From the human T2T-CHM13v2.0 reference genome, Homo sapiens, in NCBI RefSeq assembly GCF_009914755.1, contig NC_060931.1: 64,000 nucleotides of DNA; one strand, given 5' to 3'. Below the pieces are notes generated by a model that ran no database searches, was not told where the DNA came from, and saw only the letters and a list, made by a program, of their open reading frames with translations. The translations under genes were made by a program, and so were the position numbers. This document shows, piece by piece, positions 41,534-55,328 of this stretch (position 1 is its first letter; each line of letters starts with the position of its first letter).

Positions 41534-43411
41534 CTGCAGGGAGAAGGGAAAGACAGACACTGAGACCACCGACCAAGTGAACCACCCAGCACACACATGG
41601 CTGCATAGGAGGAAAACAGGGTGAAAACATTTAACCCAATCAGGGGCACACAGGGATTTCAAGTTTTCAAGAAATTTCCAGAATCACATTTGCCACATTG
41701 GCCATGTTGCAGTACCCTGACAGGAATTGGGATTAGGCTCACAGCATCTCACAGAACATGTCTAGAGACCAAGCCCCATTCTCCCATTGTACAGATGGGG
41801 GAAACTGAGGCCAAGAATGGCTCATTTGCCCTTCTCTCTGCCTTCCTTTCTTCCAGCCTAGGGCTTAGATGTGATTTCTGGAGCTCTGGCAGCCACCTTG
41901 GGCCATGAGACAACCCTGAGGATGGAGGCCACCAGCCAGACAGAAGAGTCTGCACCCAGGCAGACCTATGCTGATCGTTTAAGAACAATTCTTCCACATC
42001 CCATGTGGCCTCTCCATCGCACACTCCAACACGTGGGCTGCCTATAGGCTGAACATGAGTACCAGCCAGGCATGGGACAACAGGAGTGCCAGCCTCTCAC
42101 CATGGGGTCTGTCACCAGCAGGCCCATGGAGGCCAGAGCCTAACGCTCTGTAGAAATGGGACCCACAGGCAGGCACAAAACCACCCACCAGGCCACACTT
42201 TCAGCAAACAAAGCCAAGGCTGACCAACAGTCCTGGACTGCTTCAAAGACCCGCCCAAGTGGACAATTTCCTCCCAAGAGGCTCCTCATGAATGGACCTC
42301 ACCCGCAGGCCCAAGTCCCACATTGCAAACAGGAGCCAGGGTTCTCAGACACCCTATCTCTGAGATCCTCCTCTCTTCTAAAGAAACTATTTGTTTTGGC
42401 CACCATGGAGTCCCACGTGCCAGGAGGGGGAACCAGGCCAGACAGGGCTCCAACTTTCCCAAGCCAGACGGGCCAATGCCAAGGACCAGGAAGGCTTGAA
42501 ACTGCCTCCTCCGTGATGATGGCGGCTGCCCAGGTCCCACCTCCATCTGGGAAGCGACATGTCTTGCTAGGAGACATTTCCCAAGCTCCCTTGCAGTGGA
42601 GGGATGGCAGCTGAGAAAAACACAAAAGTCACTGGGTGGGATTTCCAGGATAGCTCTCTAAGGGTGTTATTTTGCCCTTCCCCCCCCCCCCCCCCCCCCC
42701 CGCTCACTCCTTCTTCCAGCCTGGAGCACAGATGTGGTTTCTGGAGCTTTAGCAGCCACCTTGGGCCATGAGGCAACTGCAGATGGATGCCACTAGCCAG
42801 ACAGAAGGCGGACACTGATGATACCTCAAGACTACCCTCCCTGCTCTGCAATCCCACCCTTAGATGAAAGTCATGAAGCTCGATCTTATCTCAATCCCTG
42901 TGCTGTCTGGTGTTACTAGCAGCCAAATGCAATTTCCAACACAGTAGCCAACAGCCCTGCACGTTTATAAAGGATTTCCAGATATATTCAGCCTCCAACA
43001 GTCCTTATCTGTAATCTCAGTTAAGCCTCAGTTTTTTCATCTGTCAAATGGGGTGGGTGATCCCAGAGTGGCCAGGCGCTCAGAGCTGCCCCACCGCTGC
43101 TCAGGTCGCCCAACCTGTTCCATTCATGTGCAATGCTCCTGCATCCCCAATCAACGACAAAGAGAAGGACAAAGCTGGAGGCAGGCTCCCAAGCGGGAGT
43201 GAGCCACGGGCCAGGGCGTTCTGCGAGGCAGGAGCGGACGGGGAGCAAGGAGACCCAAGCCCAGCAGACACCATCAAGGCCAATCAGGGCCACATCCCCG
43301 CCGCACCCGGCGAGACAGGAAGCGTGATTTGCTGGTGTGATCAGTCAGTTGCACCTCCCCGCCCTGCAGGACTCAGTGTGTCCGGCAGACAGTCCTACCT
43401 GGTTGGCTGCT

Positions 43412-43467
43412 TTAGGTGGGTTTTAACCTTTTTCTTTTCCGTTTTTTACCTGACTCCCTAGGCCTTC
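43412..43467 (-). CDS. PDGFA: PDGFA cassette exon 6 coding part, basic retention motif GRPRESGKKRKRKRLKPT* (long 211-aa isoform; whole exon 43399-43467, 69 nt)
   Basis: Acceptor AACAG|GA, TAA at 43414-43412, donor CAG|GTAGGA. Coding lengths sum to 63+97+105+188+127+56=636 nt. Confidence 0.97.
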
Positions 43468-44003
43468 CTGTTAACAAAAGGGCAGGGCGGTGAGTGGGCC
43501 GAGGGACGGCCGTCGGGGTGAAGAACTGAAGCAACAAATACCTACGGCATTTGTTTATCTTTCCAGAAGAGAAGGCCAGCACCCTGGCACCGAGAAACTT
43601 CTGAGTCCCCTCATGCTCCCAGGGCCCAGCCATAGCAGGGCACAGAAGCCATTCTGCTCCTGGGTGGAGTCCGCGTGGCGGGGTGAAGGAGAGACCCCAG
43701 CCAGCCAGGGCAACTGCAGTCCTCGAACCTGCTCCTCCCGCCCACCCTGGCAGGAGGCCCTTCTGCAGATTCTTCTCAGCTCAGCCCCGCAGCCCACTAA
43801 TGAATTGGGTGTCTTATGCACTCCCAGCCCCTCTCAGTGAGACCTGAATCTCCTCTCCTGCCAGTGCCGCAGCTTGGGCCACCCTCCCCACCGGACACCT
43901 GCAGGTGTGGGATCCGTCTCCCCCGCAGGCATCTGGCCCGGGAGCAGGGCAACGAATCCTTCAACAGCAGCCCAGATGCTCACAGCAGTAAGCGTTGCGC
44001 TCA

Positions 44004-44339
<336 letters not shown>

Positions 44340-44414
44340 CTACCTTGTGGTGGGGAGTGTAGGAGTACCAGGTGAAAAACCTACAAGCTGCAGTGCAGTT
44401 TTGTGTGTGTGTGT

Positions 44415-44690
44415 TTTAGTTTTTTCTGAGTAGGGTCTCACCCTGTCACCTAGGCCAATCATAGCCTCTGCAGCCTCAAGCTCTTGGGCTCAAGTGATCC
44501 TTCCACCTCAGCCTCCCACCTGTAAGCACAGGCCACCATGCCCAGCTAATTTTAAATATTTTTTTTGTGTGGAAGAGATGAGATCTCGCTATGTTGCCGA
44601 GGTTGATGTTGAACTCCTGGACTCAAGTGATCCTCCTGCCTCAGCCTCCCAAAGTGCTGGAACTTCAAGTGAGAGCCGCCGCGCCTGGTG
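44415..44690 (-). mobile_element. Alu (AluJ-like), intron 4
   Basis: Reverse-complement Alu. Confidence 0.85.
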
Positions 44691-44903
44691 TTGGAGCATG
44701 GTATTTAGCAGACTCATCCTATTTTTGTTTAAAATAAACCCAAAGGTTCACGTGTGCCTGGAGGGGCTGAAGGATGCACACTGCTAAGGTGTGGGAGTTT
44801 GGGAGTTCTGGGGTGCAGGTGGCCAGGGAAAGTGTTTGCTTGTGTGTGGATGTGCAGCTGGGAAATGTTTTCAAATGATCACGTTGTTTTTAAATACATT
44901 TTA

Positions 44904-45210
<307 letters not shown>

Positions 45211-45735
45211 TAAAGCCATGGCCTAGGAATGGGGGGTTCGTGGCTGTATCCTAGCCCAAGTTGCTGTGGACTTGAGCGTCCAGATGATAATCCCAGCTGC
45301 TGGCCTGATGAGGGCCCCACCTCCCCACCGGGCCCCAGGCAGCAGGGCCAGCAGACCCATACCCAGGGTCCCCTCATGGCTCCCCCAGGTCCGAGGCTCT
45401 CCTTGGGCTCGGAGAGGCCTGACCTCGGAAACCAGGGCCAGGGACCCTGGGCCATCACCGAGGCTACACAAGATGATCCAGGAGGAGCACAGGCCAGCAG
45501 GCCGTGGCTATCAGGCACAGGCAGCTCAAAAGCGAACCAGACCTCAGCTGGGTTCCCCTCTTCGGACTGGACTTTGCCTGTCTGCGAGCCACGCCTGCCC
45601 TCAATTCTCCAGGCACAAAACCACAACATGGGGGTCCTGCCTCCACAGCCCCTTCCCCGGGGAGCTGCAGGCAGACAATGGCCCAGTCCAGGCCAGAGAG
45701 GGGAGCTTCAGGCATTCAACAAGAGAGGCAAGAAA

Positions 45736-45736
<1 letters not shown>

Positions 45737-45784
<48 letters not shown>
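45737..45784. repeat. (CA)24 microsatellite
   Basis: Perfect dinucleotide run. Confidence 0.95.
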
Positions 45785-45786
<2 letters not shown>

Positions 45787-48700
45787 GCACATATAGGCCC
45801 TGTCACGGGAACACAACTCCACCCCACACACACACCTGTATAATGCACACACATACCCTGTCATGGGGAGGCAACTCCACCCCCGCCCAGTCATGCATGC
45901 GTAATGTACACAGGGGGCCCATCGTGGGAATCTTACTACACACACAGAGTGCAAGCACGCACACGCCTGGCATCAACAGACCCCTAATACACAGCCAGGG
46001 ACTGCATGAGTAGAGTATTGGCTCTCCCAGCCCAAACCCCAGCACTCATTTCATCCTCCCAACCATGCTATAAGGAGGCAAGACTGGCACCTCCATTTAC
46101 AGAACAAACTGAGGCGCAGGTAAGCCCTAACTAAGCCTGTCCCTAATTGCTAGGCTGTCCCATCTGCCCCCTGGAGCACACACCAGGGAATAGCCACCAC
46201 CTTCCTGCCCTCCCAGGCCCTGGGGAGCTGAGCACCCAGCAGGCGCTCCATCTGTGCCCACGGAACCAGCCCTGCCGCATGCAGGGTCTAAATGCAAGAA
46301 CAGCCACTACGGATCACCCACTTCACCCCTCACGGTTCATGGGGAAACTGAGGCTAGAAAGGAAACGGAGGCCGGGTCACCCCCTGAGCACAGGGGCGTG
46401 GGGGAATGCACGCTGCTGGGTGAATGAGGAGACCTCAGCCCAAGGCCAGATGCCCCCAGCCCAGTGGCCCTGCCTCCCAGGCAGTCAGGAGGGTGAAGGA
46501 GGGAGGAGGGGAATGTTTCCCAACCTTCTTGGGGGGAAGGGGGGACTCCAGACTCTGGAGACTGGGCATCAGCAGGGCCCCCAGGGAGAAGGTCAGCTCT
46601 GCACCCTGGGACCAGGCAGGCTCCGAAGGTAAGCCGGTCCCTAAGGCGCTGGGGACCAGGCCTGTCCGAGGCTGAGTTAATGGTTAACCCACAGTGCAAA
46701 GGGTGCCTGCAGGCGTGTGAAGTGGTCTGGGCTGCCTGGGGCGTGAGCAGACAGCCAAGTATGAGCTCAACAGTTGCAGGGCGTGGGGCGCCTGGGGTCA
46801 GGAGCCAGCTCAGAAACAGGACCTGGCCTGGGAGGTTTCGCTACGTCACAAAGCGTGAGAGAAAGCGGCCAGGACACTGCCGCTTCCTACATGGGGCTCC
46901 GTTCCACTCGGGAGGCCTCAGATCAGCCTCCACACTCCCGCGGCAATCTGCCCCTTTCCCCAGGACAGAATCCTCCAGAGAGAGGCCTCCGCAGGCCGTG
47001 CACACACTTCCACCTCCCATCTGTAAAACGGAGACCAATCACACCCACCCAGGAGTTGAGGAATAAATGAGGCTGCACATGCAGAAGGCCCCAGAAACGA
47101 GGACAAAGCCAGCCTTCAAGAGTGGGCTGCCACTGGCGTGGATTCTAATCCAGAGCCCCAAAACCAACCCACCCCCTGGTCCCCAAGCTCAGCACAGTAC
47201 CACCACCCACCCACCACAGGCAGAGAGTGGGTCTAGAGCCACCCTCCTGTTGAGGGCCTGGGGTGGGAGAGGCCCGGCCCGAGGATGAACTGCAGCAAAG
47301 CCCCAAGAGGAGCAGCAGGGCCACCTGGGACCTCAGCCACCCCCAGCCCTCCAAGCATGTCCTCAGCCCTCCCTGAGTCAAGAACTGCCCAGGTAGTAAG
47401 TAACTAGGGATCCCAGTGCGCAAAACCAGGCCCAGCCCCCTCCTGCCTCAGCAGGGACCGAGTTCCTTCCTCCCCTCCCCTGGAGGCCCTGGACACAGGT
47501 CCCAGCAGGAGGAACAGCACCAGCCTCACACCCTGCCATCTCCCAGGCTCGAAGCACCCATACTCTGCTGCTCCCACCCACCCCCAGCCTCTGCAGGGGT
47601 GGCCAAGTGAGGCATGGGGCAGGTGGGCTCTGAAATCTGGGTTCGTGGGGATGGGCTCGGGCAGGGCGCCCTGTTCTGCTCCCGGCCCTGACCCTCCGGA
47701 TGGCACAGCCTCTTTGGTCAACAAGCAGCCTCACCTAGTTCCCTCGGCAGGGCAGATACCAGGGCCTGGCTCGGCAGAGACCGCAGGCCCGTCTGGCCAG
47801 ACACCAGACGCCCAGGCGAGGGGCAGGCTCGCTCTCAACCACTCGAGATGGCCGGCCACCGCGGGCGCGTGGGCCCCCAGGACACAACAGAAATGCCACC
47901 CCTCTGGGCACCGTGCGAAAGGCACATGGCACGGCCGCTCGTCTGGGAACCCACTGCCTCCTCAGACAAGCCCGTTTTTATCAAACAAAAACAAACAGCG
48001 ATGATTGCACCTGTTTCTGAGTATGCCAGGATTCCGGGCCGTTCCGCCACCTCTGTCTGGCCAGGAAATAGCTACATTTTTCTCCCAAGAACACAAAATG
48101 AATATTGGATTCTCACAAAAACCTCCTCCATAAAAGAAGGCCAAGTCCAAAGAACAGACTACAATGTCCTCAGGACCCCCACGGGGGGTACCCCGGCCCC
48201 CAGGCCCCAAGCCGAAGCCCAAGTGATGGGGGGGGTCCCCATGTCCCTCCCCTTTTTCCGTCCCAGAGATGTGGGCTGCACCTTATCACACCAGACATTC
48301 CGATTCCCCACGGCTGAGCTCATCTGCGTCGTAAGCCGCCCCACCTCAACACTCCCGGCGCGAACTCACCCAAGACTACAACCCAGGGATGCCGTCACCC
48401 CTCTAGACCTGGGATGCCGAGTCCCTACTGCTACAAAGCCCAGAAGCTGCAGAGACCCCCTGAGGAGGGCTTGGGACAGCCACTCCCTGCGGGGGACCCC
48501 ACCCCAACTCCAGGTTACGGCCTGACCCTTTCAAGGCTCCAAGACAGAGTATTAGCCATGAAAGACACCTGACTGGACCGCACGTGCCCGTCACTGTAAC
48601 CCTCACAGCTACCCTGTGAGGACACCATCGTGGTCCATTCTAGAGATGAGAACACACAGCACAGACAAGGGAAGCCCCTTGCCCAGAGTCACACAGCGTT

Positions 48701-48853
48701 GAATCTCCATCCCTAGCCTGCACTCCTTCTCACCTCTTTCACGGAAAGAAAGCCTAGAGTCCAGAGCCCTGGCCCCACCGCCCCACAGCCCCACCTGGGT
48801 GTCTCTCGACAGAGACTTGGAATGTCACTCAATCCAGATGCTGACTTGGGTCA

Positions 48854-49333
<480 letters not shown>

Positions 49334-51320
49334 TCAAGCTCGTGTAAGAGGCCCCTGCCCAGCCTGGCTCAAGAGGACCCTCACTCCGCCCACCTAGAGA
49401 CTCCTGCACCAGACCCCAGAGAGTGGACAGAGTCGCGGCTGGGAGCTTCTCACCCGTAACACCCCAGCCACTCGGTTCCAGGGAGCAGAGGCCCATCCCA
49501 AGCACCAGGTGAGCACACACCTTCTGGAAGCCTCCAGCACAGCAAGGTGGGCTCAGAGCCAGCTCCGTCCAGGCTAGACCCCTGCAGTCCTCGGGCTGGC
49601 ATCTCATCCCCATGGTCCACGTTCAGGCCCACACTCCTGTCCTACCCCCGAGGCTTGGGTCTGGGGGAGAGTCGGGCGTCCAGGCACCAAGAGCTAACTG
49701 TGCCAGGCAGAGTGCAAGGAAACACCCACCCAGCTAGGGACCCCGGCCAGTCACTCCCCCAGGGCTGCCGGTCAGTCACATCCTGGTGATCCCAGCAGGG
49801 TCTGTGCCAGGCAGTGACACTCCCAGCTTCACTACCATCCATCTTCTAACCAGAGACCTCTGAATGTTGACCGGAAAGGCATAAAAACTGGAAATGGGGG
49901 ATGCCATGCCCATCCTGGGTGGACAGACTTTGGGGGCCCCTCCCGGCCAGCCCCAACCCCTTTGACCTCAGCTGACCCCATCCATGCCCACTCACAGGCA
50001 CAGAGTCTGAGGCTCTGGGGCCCATCTCCTCGCCAGGTTGACAGCCGCCTCCATCCGCAGCGGCAGGACCGGTCTCTTGGCTGAGCCTCCAAAATGGGCC
50101 TCCTGTTCCCTCTGACCTTTGTCCCCTCAGCCAAAGCCCCCTGGGTCCAAAGCCGGATGTTTTCCTCCAACCCTCGGATGGGTGGGCAGGGAGAAGACGC
50201 CTCCCAGAAGCGGGAACATGAAGGGGGCCTGGGTCTGAGGAGGTGGGAACTGGGCCGCCAGGCTCTGCTGCAGGACACAGCCCTGAGGACTTAGGACACC
50301 CTGTCCCGGCAGATGAGACCCAGAGGGAGAGCCCTGGTCCTGGCTCTACCACTGCACAGAGCAAAGCAGGGGCCACTCCCAGCGGGGAACTGGCCCTCAC
50401 CCCCAACACTGCACTGGCCAGAGGGTGCTGGAAGCCTCTAGACCCCACCCAGCCTCCTCAGGGGGCCGGGGGAGGGAGAGAACACTGCCCTGTAGGGCCA
50501 AGCCCTCCTATCCTCACCCCATGACAGGCCAGGGTGGGAAGGGCAGGGGCTGCACAAGGCTGAGCCATGGGCTGAGAGCCTCTCCCCGTACCTCCAAGCC
50601 TCCCCCAGCACCCAGAACTGACATGAGAATCTCTAATGAGAACAAGACCACAGGCATCCCGGACTCAGAGCTCACAAGGGCCTCCAAAATATAACCAGGG
50701 AGGATGCCAAGGCCCACCGAAAGGCAGAAACTGCGCCCCAGGGAGGCACACAGGACAGAGGGGATGGTGCTGGGCTCATGCCAGGGGGGCTCATGCCAGG
50801 GGGACCCAGCCACACCTGGACCTGGAGGCCTGAGTTAGGCCCTCCCCTCCCCTCCTTCCCTGACCCCCCGGCGGTAAATATCCTGAGGACAGAAGAGTGC
50901 CGCAGACAAGCACTCCCAGGGCCCTGGAAAAATCTTGGGGCTTCAAAAGGGGAGTGAGTGGCCTTGGAGATCCCGGGTAGTAAGATGTGGAATCTGCTTA
51001 CTCAATACCCAGCACCTCAGAGGACCAAGTCCCCAGAGGCCAAGATAAGTCCCAGTTATGGGTCTAAAGTGCCCGGTCGTGTGACGAGGAAACGACCCGG
51101 CTGGCTGCAAAGTCCTTCCCGGAGAACCTTCTCCCCCCCGCCCCATCTCCCTCCGGGGCCTAGGAGTCACAACAGTGGGGGGCGGGGGTGTGAAATAATT
51201 CTTTTCTAAAGTTAAAGAATGGTTACTAATGTAGCCCCAAAACTTAAATCCTCAAACATCATTTCAGTGACCCCATATTCCAGGAAAAGCAGGCTCAGCT
51301 GTCACCAAATCCTCAGCTGA

Positions 51321-51532
51321 CTTGAGCCCAGGGGGTCCAGAGCAGGCTGGGCAACACAGCGAGATCCCCGACTCTGCAAAGAATTTAAAAATTAGCCAGG
51401 CAGGGTGGCATGCACCTGTAGCATTCAGGAGGCTTAGGTGGGAGGATAGCTTCAGCCTGGGAGTCCGAGGCTGCAGCAAACCATGATCGCACCACCACAC
51501 TCCAGCCTGGGCAACAGAGCAAGAAGCTGTCC

Positions 51533-51568
<36 letters not shown>
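51321..51568 (+). mobile_element. 5'-truncated Alu with 14-bp TSD AAATCCTCAGCTGA
   Basis: TSD at 51307-51320 and 51566-51579; ~35-nt polyA. Confidence 0.88.
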
Positions 51569-51571
<3 letters not shown>

Positions 51572-52167
51572 TCAGCTGAGGCCAAGCCAGGAGGCTCTGA
51601 GTCAAAGCAACAGCCTCCTGGACTAGGGGCCGCACCCGCCTGTGCCCACTGCTCAAACTCATGGGTCCTGCAGGTCAGGTGGGAGCATCAACAGCACTTT
51701 AACCCAACTGAAGCCAGTTTCCAGGGAGAAGAGCCCTAAGAGAGCCCATCCCTCCCAGATGGGAGCCCCAGGGAGGTGCCAGCCCCAGCCAGGCCTCACA
51801 GAAGCTAGAAGATACCTTAGACACTCACCCTGCAACCCCATCCCGAAAACGGGAGACTGATGCCCCAACAGGCAGGAAATCTCCCTTGCAAACAAGATGG
51901 CAGCAGCCTCGGCTCTCCCAGAAGGGCCAGGCCCTGCCTCAGACCCATTGCACAGGTGAGGAAAATGAGGCCAGAGAGGCGCAAACACAGGCCAAAGCCA
52001 GCCCACCCAGGGCGCTGCATCCTGCAGGTCTCTGGGCACACTTCCCTGAAAGCAGGGAGAAGGGGCCCAGCCATGAGCCCCAGGGCCTCAGCAACGCAAG
52101 AAGACCTTCAGCAAGTTCACCCGGGTGCTGTTCCTCCCCCAGCGCAACCCCAGGGAGGAAGGCCCTG

Positions 52168-52830
52168 CTGTGGCAGGAACGCCAGCACCCCCAGGATTCT
52201 TACGCTGAAATCCCAGATGAAGGGGACGGCGTTAGGAGGTGGGGTGTCTTAAGGTAGCCATTAAGTCCTTTTTTCTCTTTTTTTTCTTAGAGACGGAGTC
52301 TTGCTCTACTGTCCAGGCTGGAATGCAGTGATGCCATCACAGCTCACTGCAGCCTCAACCTCCCGACTCAAGGGATCCTCCCACCTCAGCCTCCAGAGTA
52401 GCTGGGACGACAGGCACTTGCCACCACGCCTGGCTAATTTTTGTATTTCTTGTAGAGATGGGGTCCTGCCATGTTACCCAGGCTGGTCTTGAACTCCTAG
52501 GCTCAGCGATCCTCCAGCCTCAGCCTTCCACGGTGGCTGGGACTGCAGGTGTGAGCCACCTCGCCTGGCCCGATTAGTTTCTAGGGTAGAGGCTTCATGA
52601 ATGGAATTAGTGCCCTTCGAAAGCAGCCTAGGGAGCATGTTCATCCCCCGCCCCTCACACTGATGGCAGAGCGAGAAGGTGTCATCTGTGAACCCAGAAA
52701 ACACGGCTCCAGCGGAGACACAGTCTGCCGGCGCCCTGATCTTGGACTTCCAGCCTCCAGAACTTTGAGAAATACATTTGTTGCTAATCAGCTCCTAGTG
52801 GATGGAATTCTGCTAAAGCAGCCTGAAGAA
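52168..52830 (+). mobile_element. MaLR (MLT1A/MST-type) LTR interrupted by a minus-strand Alu (~52268-52572)
   Basis: GATCTTGGACTTCCAGCCTCCAGAACT.TGAGAAATA is a MaLR hallmark; TTAGGAGGTGGGG and CATGAATGGAATTAGTGCCCTT flank the Alu. Confidence 0.8.
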
Positions 52831-53324
52831 GGCAGGCACCACCCCCAACTTAAAGAAAGATGGGCTCACCCTGGGATTCTACGGAAGGAAGTCTGCTGTC
52901 TGGCCTCGAGCCCACCCCAAGCACTCCTTCTCCTTCTCCTGGGCTGCTTTAGGGGGGAAGCCGGGGGGGCCCTCCAAAGGTCAGGCACTTCAAAAGGCAA
53001 TGCAGGCTCTGAATATCCACCCCTACTCCTCCTGCCATGCACCTCGGCCCCCACTGAAGAGCCCGCACAGGACCCTCCAGGGCCCGGGGACGCCAGACAG
53101 CTTCCGGCTAAGCAGCTCGACACCTCGCAAGGCCCAAAACGGCCCCCGCACTGTGGTCTAGGGCGTGGAAAGGAGGCCAGGCTCGTCGCCAGAGCAGCAG
53201 AGCAGAAGCCCCGGCCGGCCCTGCCTTTCCCGCACCCCCAGGTGCTCCTTCTCCTCCCTGGGCCTCAGTGTACCTGCCAGGGAGATGGGAGCGCAGCCAT
53301 GCACCCCCACCAGCCACACCAGGG

Positions 53325-53818
53325 GCACCTTGTGGCCTCCCAGGAGGGACCCTGGCAACCCAGTAGGGGCGACCCTCAGGCCTGCGTGGGGCAGGGCTCA
53401 CCTGGATGCTGCAGTGTTGGATGCGTGAGGGACCCTGGCTGCTTGGTAGGGGCGGCCCCGGGCTCGGGTGGGGAGGGGAGGGGAGGGGCAGGGCTCACCT
53501 TGACGCTGCGGTGGTGGACGCGGGAGGGACCCTGGCTGCTAGGTAGGGGCGGCCCTTGGGCTCGGGTGGGGAGGGGAGGGGAGGGGAGGGGAGAGGAGGG
53601 GAGGGGCAGGGCTCACCTTGACGCTGTGGTGGTGGATGCAGGAGGGACCCTGGCTGCTTGGTAGGGGCGGCCCCGGGCTTGGGTGGGGAGGGGAGGGGAG
53701 GGGAGAGGAGGGGAGGGGAGAGGAGAGGAGGGGAGGGGAGGGGAGAGGAGAGGAGGGGAGGGGAGGGGAGGGGAGGGGAGGGCTCACCTTGACGCTGCGG
53801 TGGTGGACGCGGGAGGGC
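53325..53818 (-). repeat. Exon4/intron4 minisatellite with an embedded (CCCCT)n tract
   Basis: The last ~30 nt of exon 4 plus GTGAGCCC recur ending at 53617, 53499 and 53402, with a decayed copy at ~53329. Confidence 0.92.
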
Positions 53819-53975
53819 TGGCACTTGACACTGCTCGTGTTGCAGCAGCCGGTGCAGCGTTTCACCTCCACGCACGGGGGCCAGATCAGGAAGTTGGCGG
53901 ACGTGGGGTCGACCTGACTCCGAGGAATCTCGTAAATGACCGTCCTGGTCTTGCAGACAGCGGGGACAGCTTCCT
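53788..53975 (-). CDS. PDGFA: PDGFA exon 4 (PDGF/VEGF cystine-knot domain [12 protein letters not shown]...[15 protein letters not shown]...HHRSVK)
   Basis: PDGF signature PPCVxxxRCxGCC; acceptor TGCAG|AG, donor AAG|GTGAGC, 188 nt. Confidence 0.99.
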
Positions 53976-54204
53976 CTGCAACGGCGGGGGCACAGTGAGC
54001 GGGGACCGGCCTCTGCGACCACGGCCCCACCCCAGGGCTGAGGCGGCTCCAGCTGGGCCTGGGGGGCAACCAGGGTAACCCACAGGCCAGGATTCCTCCC
54101 AGGCAGCAGAGGCTGAGCTGGGAGCAGAGGCTCAGGGGCTGGGTGGGCAGGAGCACCACACATCCAGAGGAGCCCAGCCCGGTGCCTGCAGGCTGGAGGG
54201 ACCT

Positions 54205-54415
54205 GGACAGGTGGGGCCAGTGGCTCGGAGGGGAGGGGAACTTAGTCCAGGTGGGGCCAGTGGCTGGGGGTGGGGAGAGGGGAACTTAGTCCAGGTGGGG
54301 CCAGAGACTGGGGGTGGCAGGGGCAGAGGGGAACTTAGTCCAGGTGCGGCCAGTGGCTGGAGGGGCAGAGGGGAACCTAGTCCAGGTGGGGCCAGTGGCT
54401 GGGGGAGGAGGGGGC
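54205..54415. repeat. ~42-45-bp minisatellite in intron 3 (~5 copies)
   Basis: Recurring GGGGAACTTAGTCCAGGTGGGGCCAGTGGCTGG. Confidence 0.85.
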
Positions 54416-55243
54416 CTTAACAGTGAATCCTACAGCACTTGCTGCATGCTCTAGCCTTCAAAAGTGGTCTGAAGGGTGCAAAATGCAGACCCCACAGCAA
54501 ATGTCACCTGGGGAGGGCCTGCTTGCATCAGCTGGGACTAGCCAGCCACACATGACACTTTAAGGTGGAAGATACAAAATCCATCTTCATGGAGGAAACC
54601 ACAGCTCAGAGAGGGGGGTCCACCTGCTCAGGGCCCCAGAGCCATGAGCAGCACCAGGGCTCAAACCCATCAGGTGGGACCCCCGAGGACGCGGGACTTG
54701 GGTAGAAAGCAGGGACTGGCCCCTGAACTCCCCAAACCTGCTAGTTCCTCCTCAGGGGGCTGGAGGGCCATGGGGCTGTCCTGTAAGAAGGGACAAAATA
54801 TCCCCCAAATGGACGCGGGGGTGGAGCCCTGGAGCCAGGTGTGAGTGGGGCGGGGTACACGGGTGTGGTGAGGGTGTCGGGGGGCAGCCGCCGGACACAG
54901 CACGCGCGTCCCCACCAGTTCAGCAGCCGGCGCAGGAGCACGATGCCCACACTGCGAATTGGAAATTAGGCGCGACCACGTTTCCAGCAAGGCTCCTGGG
55001 GACAGGCCCCGACAAGACAGGGCGCTTAAGGAATTTATGATGGCTCTTCTCTCCTGGAAGCTCTCTTGGCCCAGACCAGGACTCCAGGAGGAGCAGGCGG
55101 GCTGGGGCAGGAGACACCCTCGAAGGAGGGAGGCCTCGGGAGAGGCCAGAGCCAGAGGCACCAGGGCCAGGCCTATTTTAGGGAGGAGGGAACGGGTGGC
55201 TTGCCTGAGGCCACTGCGCTGGGAGAGCGGGCAGCTCCTCCCC

Positions 55244-55328
55244 ACCCGGCCCTGCCCTGCCCATCGCGGCCTCCTGGACTCACCCCGACCCGGCCCTGCC
55301 CTGCCCATCGCGGCCTCCTGGACTCACC
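55244..55328 (-). repeat. 44-bp-period tandem duplication at the start of intron 3, including the donor
   Basis: ACCCGGCCCTGCCCTGCCCATCGCGGCCTCCTGGACTCACC at 55244-55284 and 55288-55328. Confidence 0.92.

Noticed and set aside
52597-53664. 355-aa plus-strand ORF antisense to PDGFA
   Set aside because: It starts inside a MaLR LTR and ends in the minisatellite; no recognisable domain.
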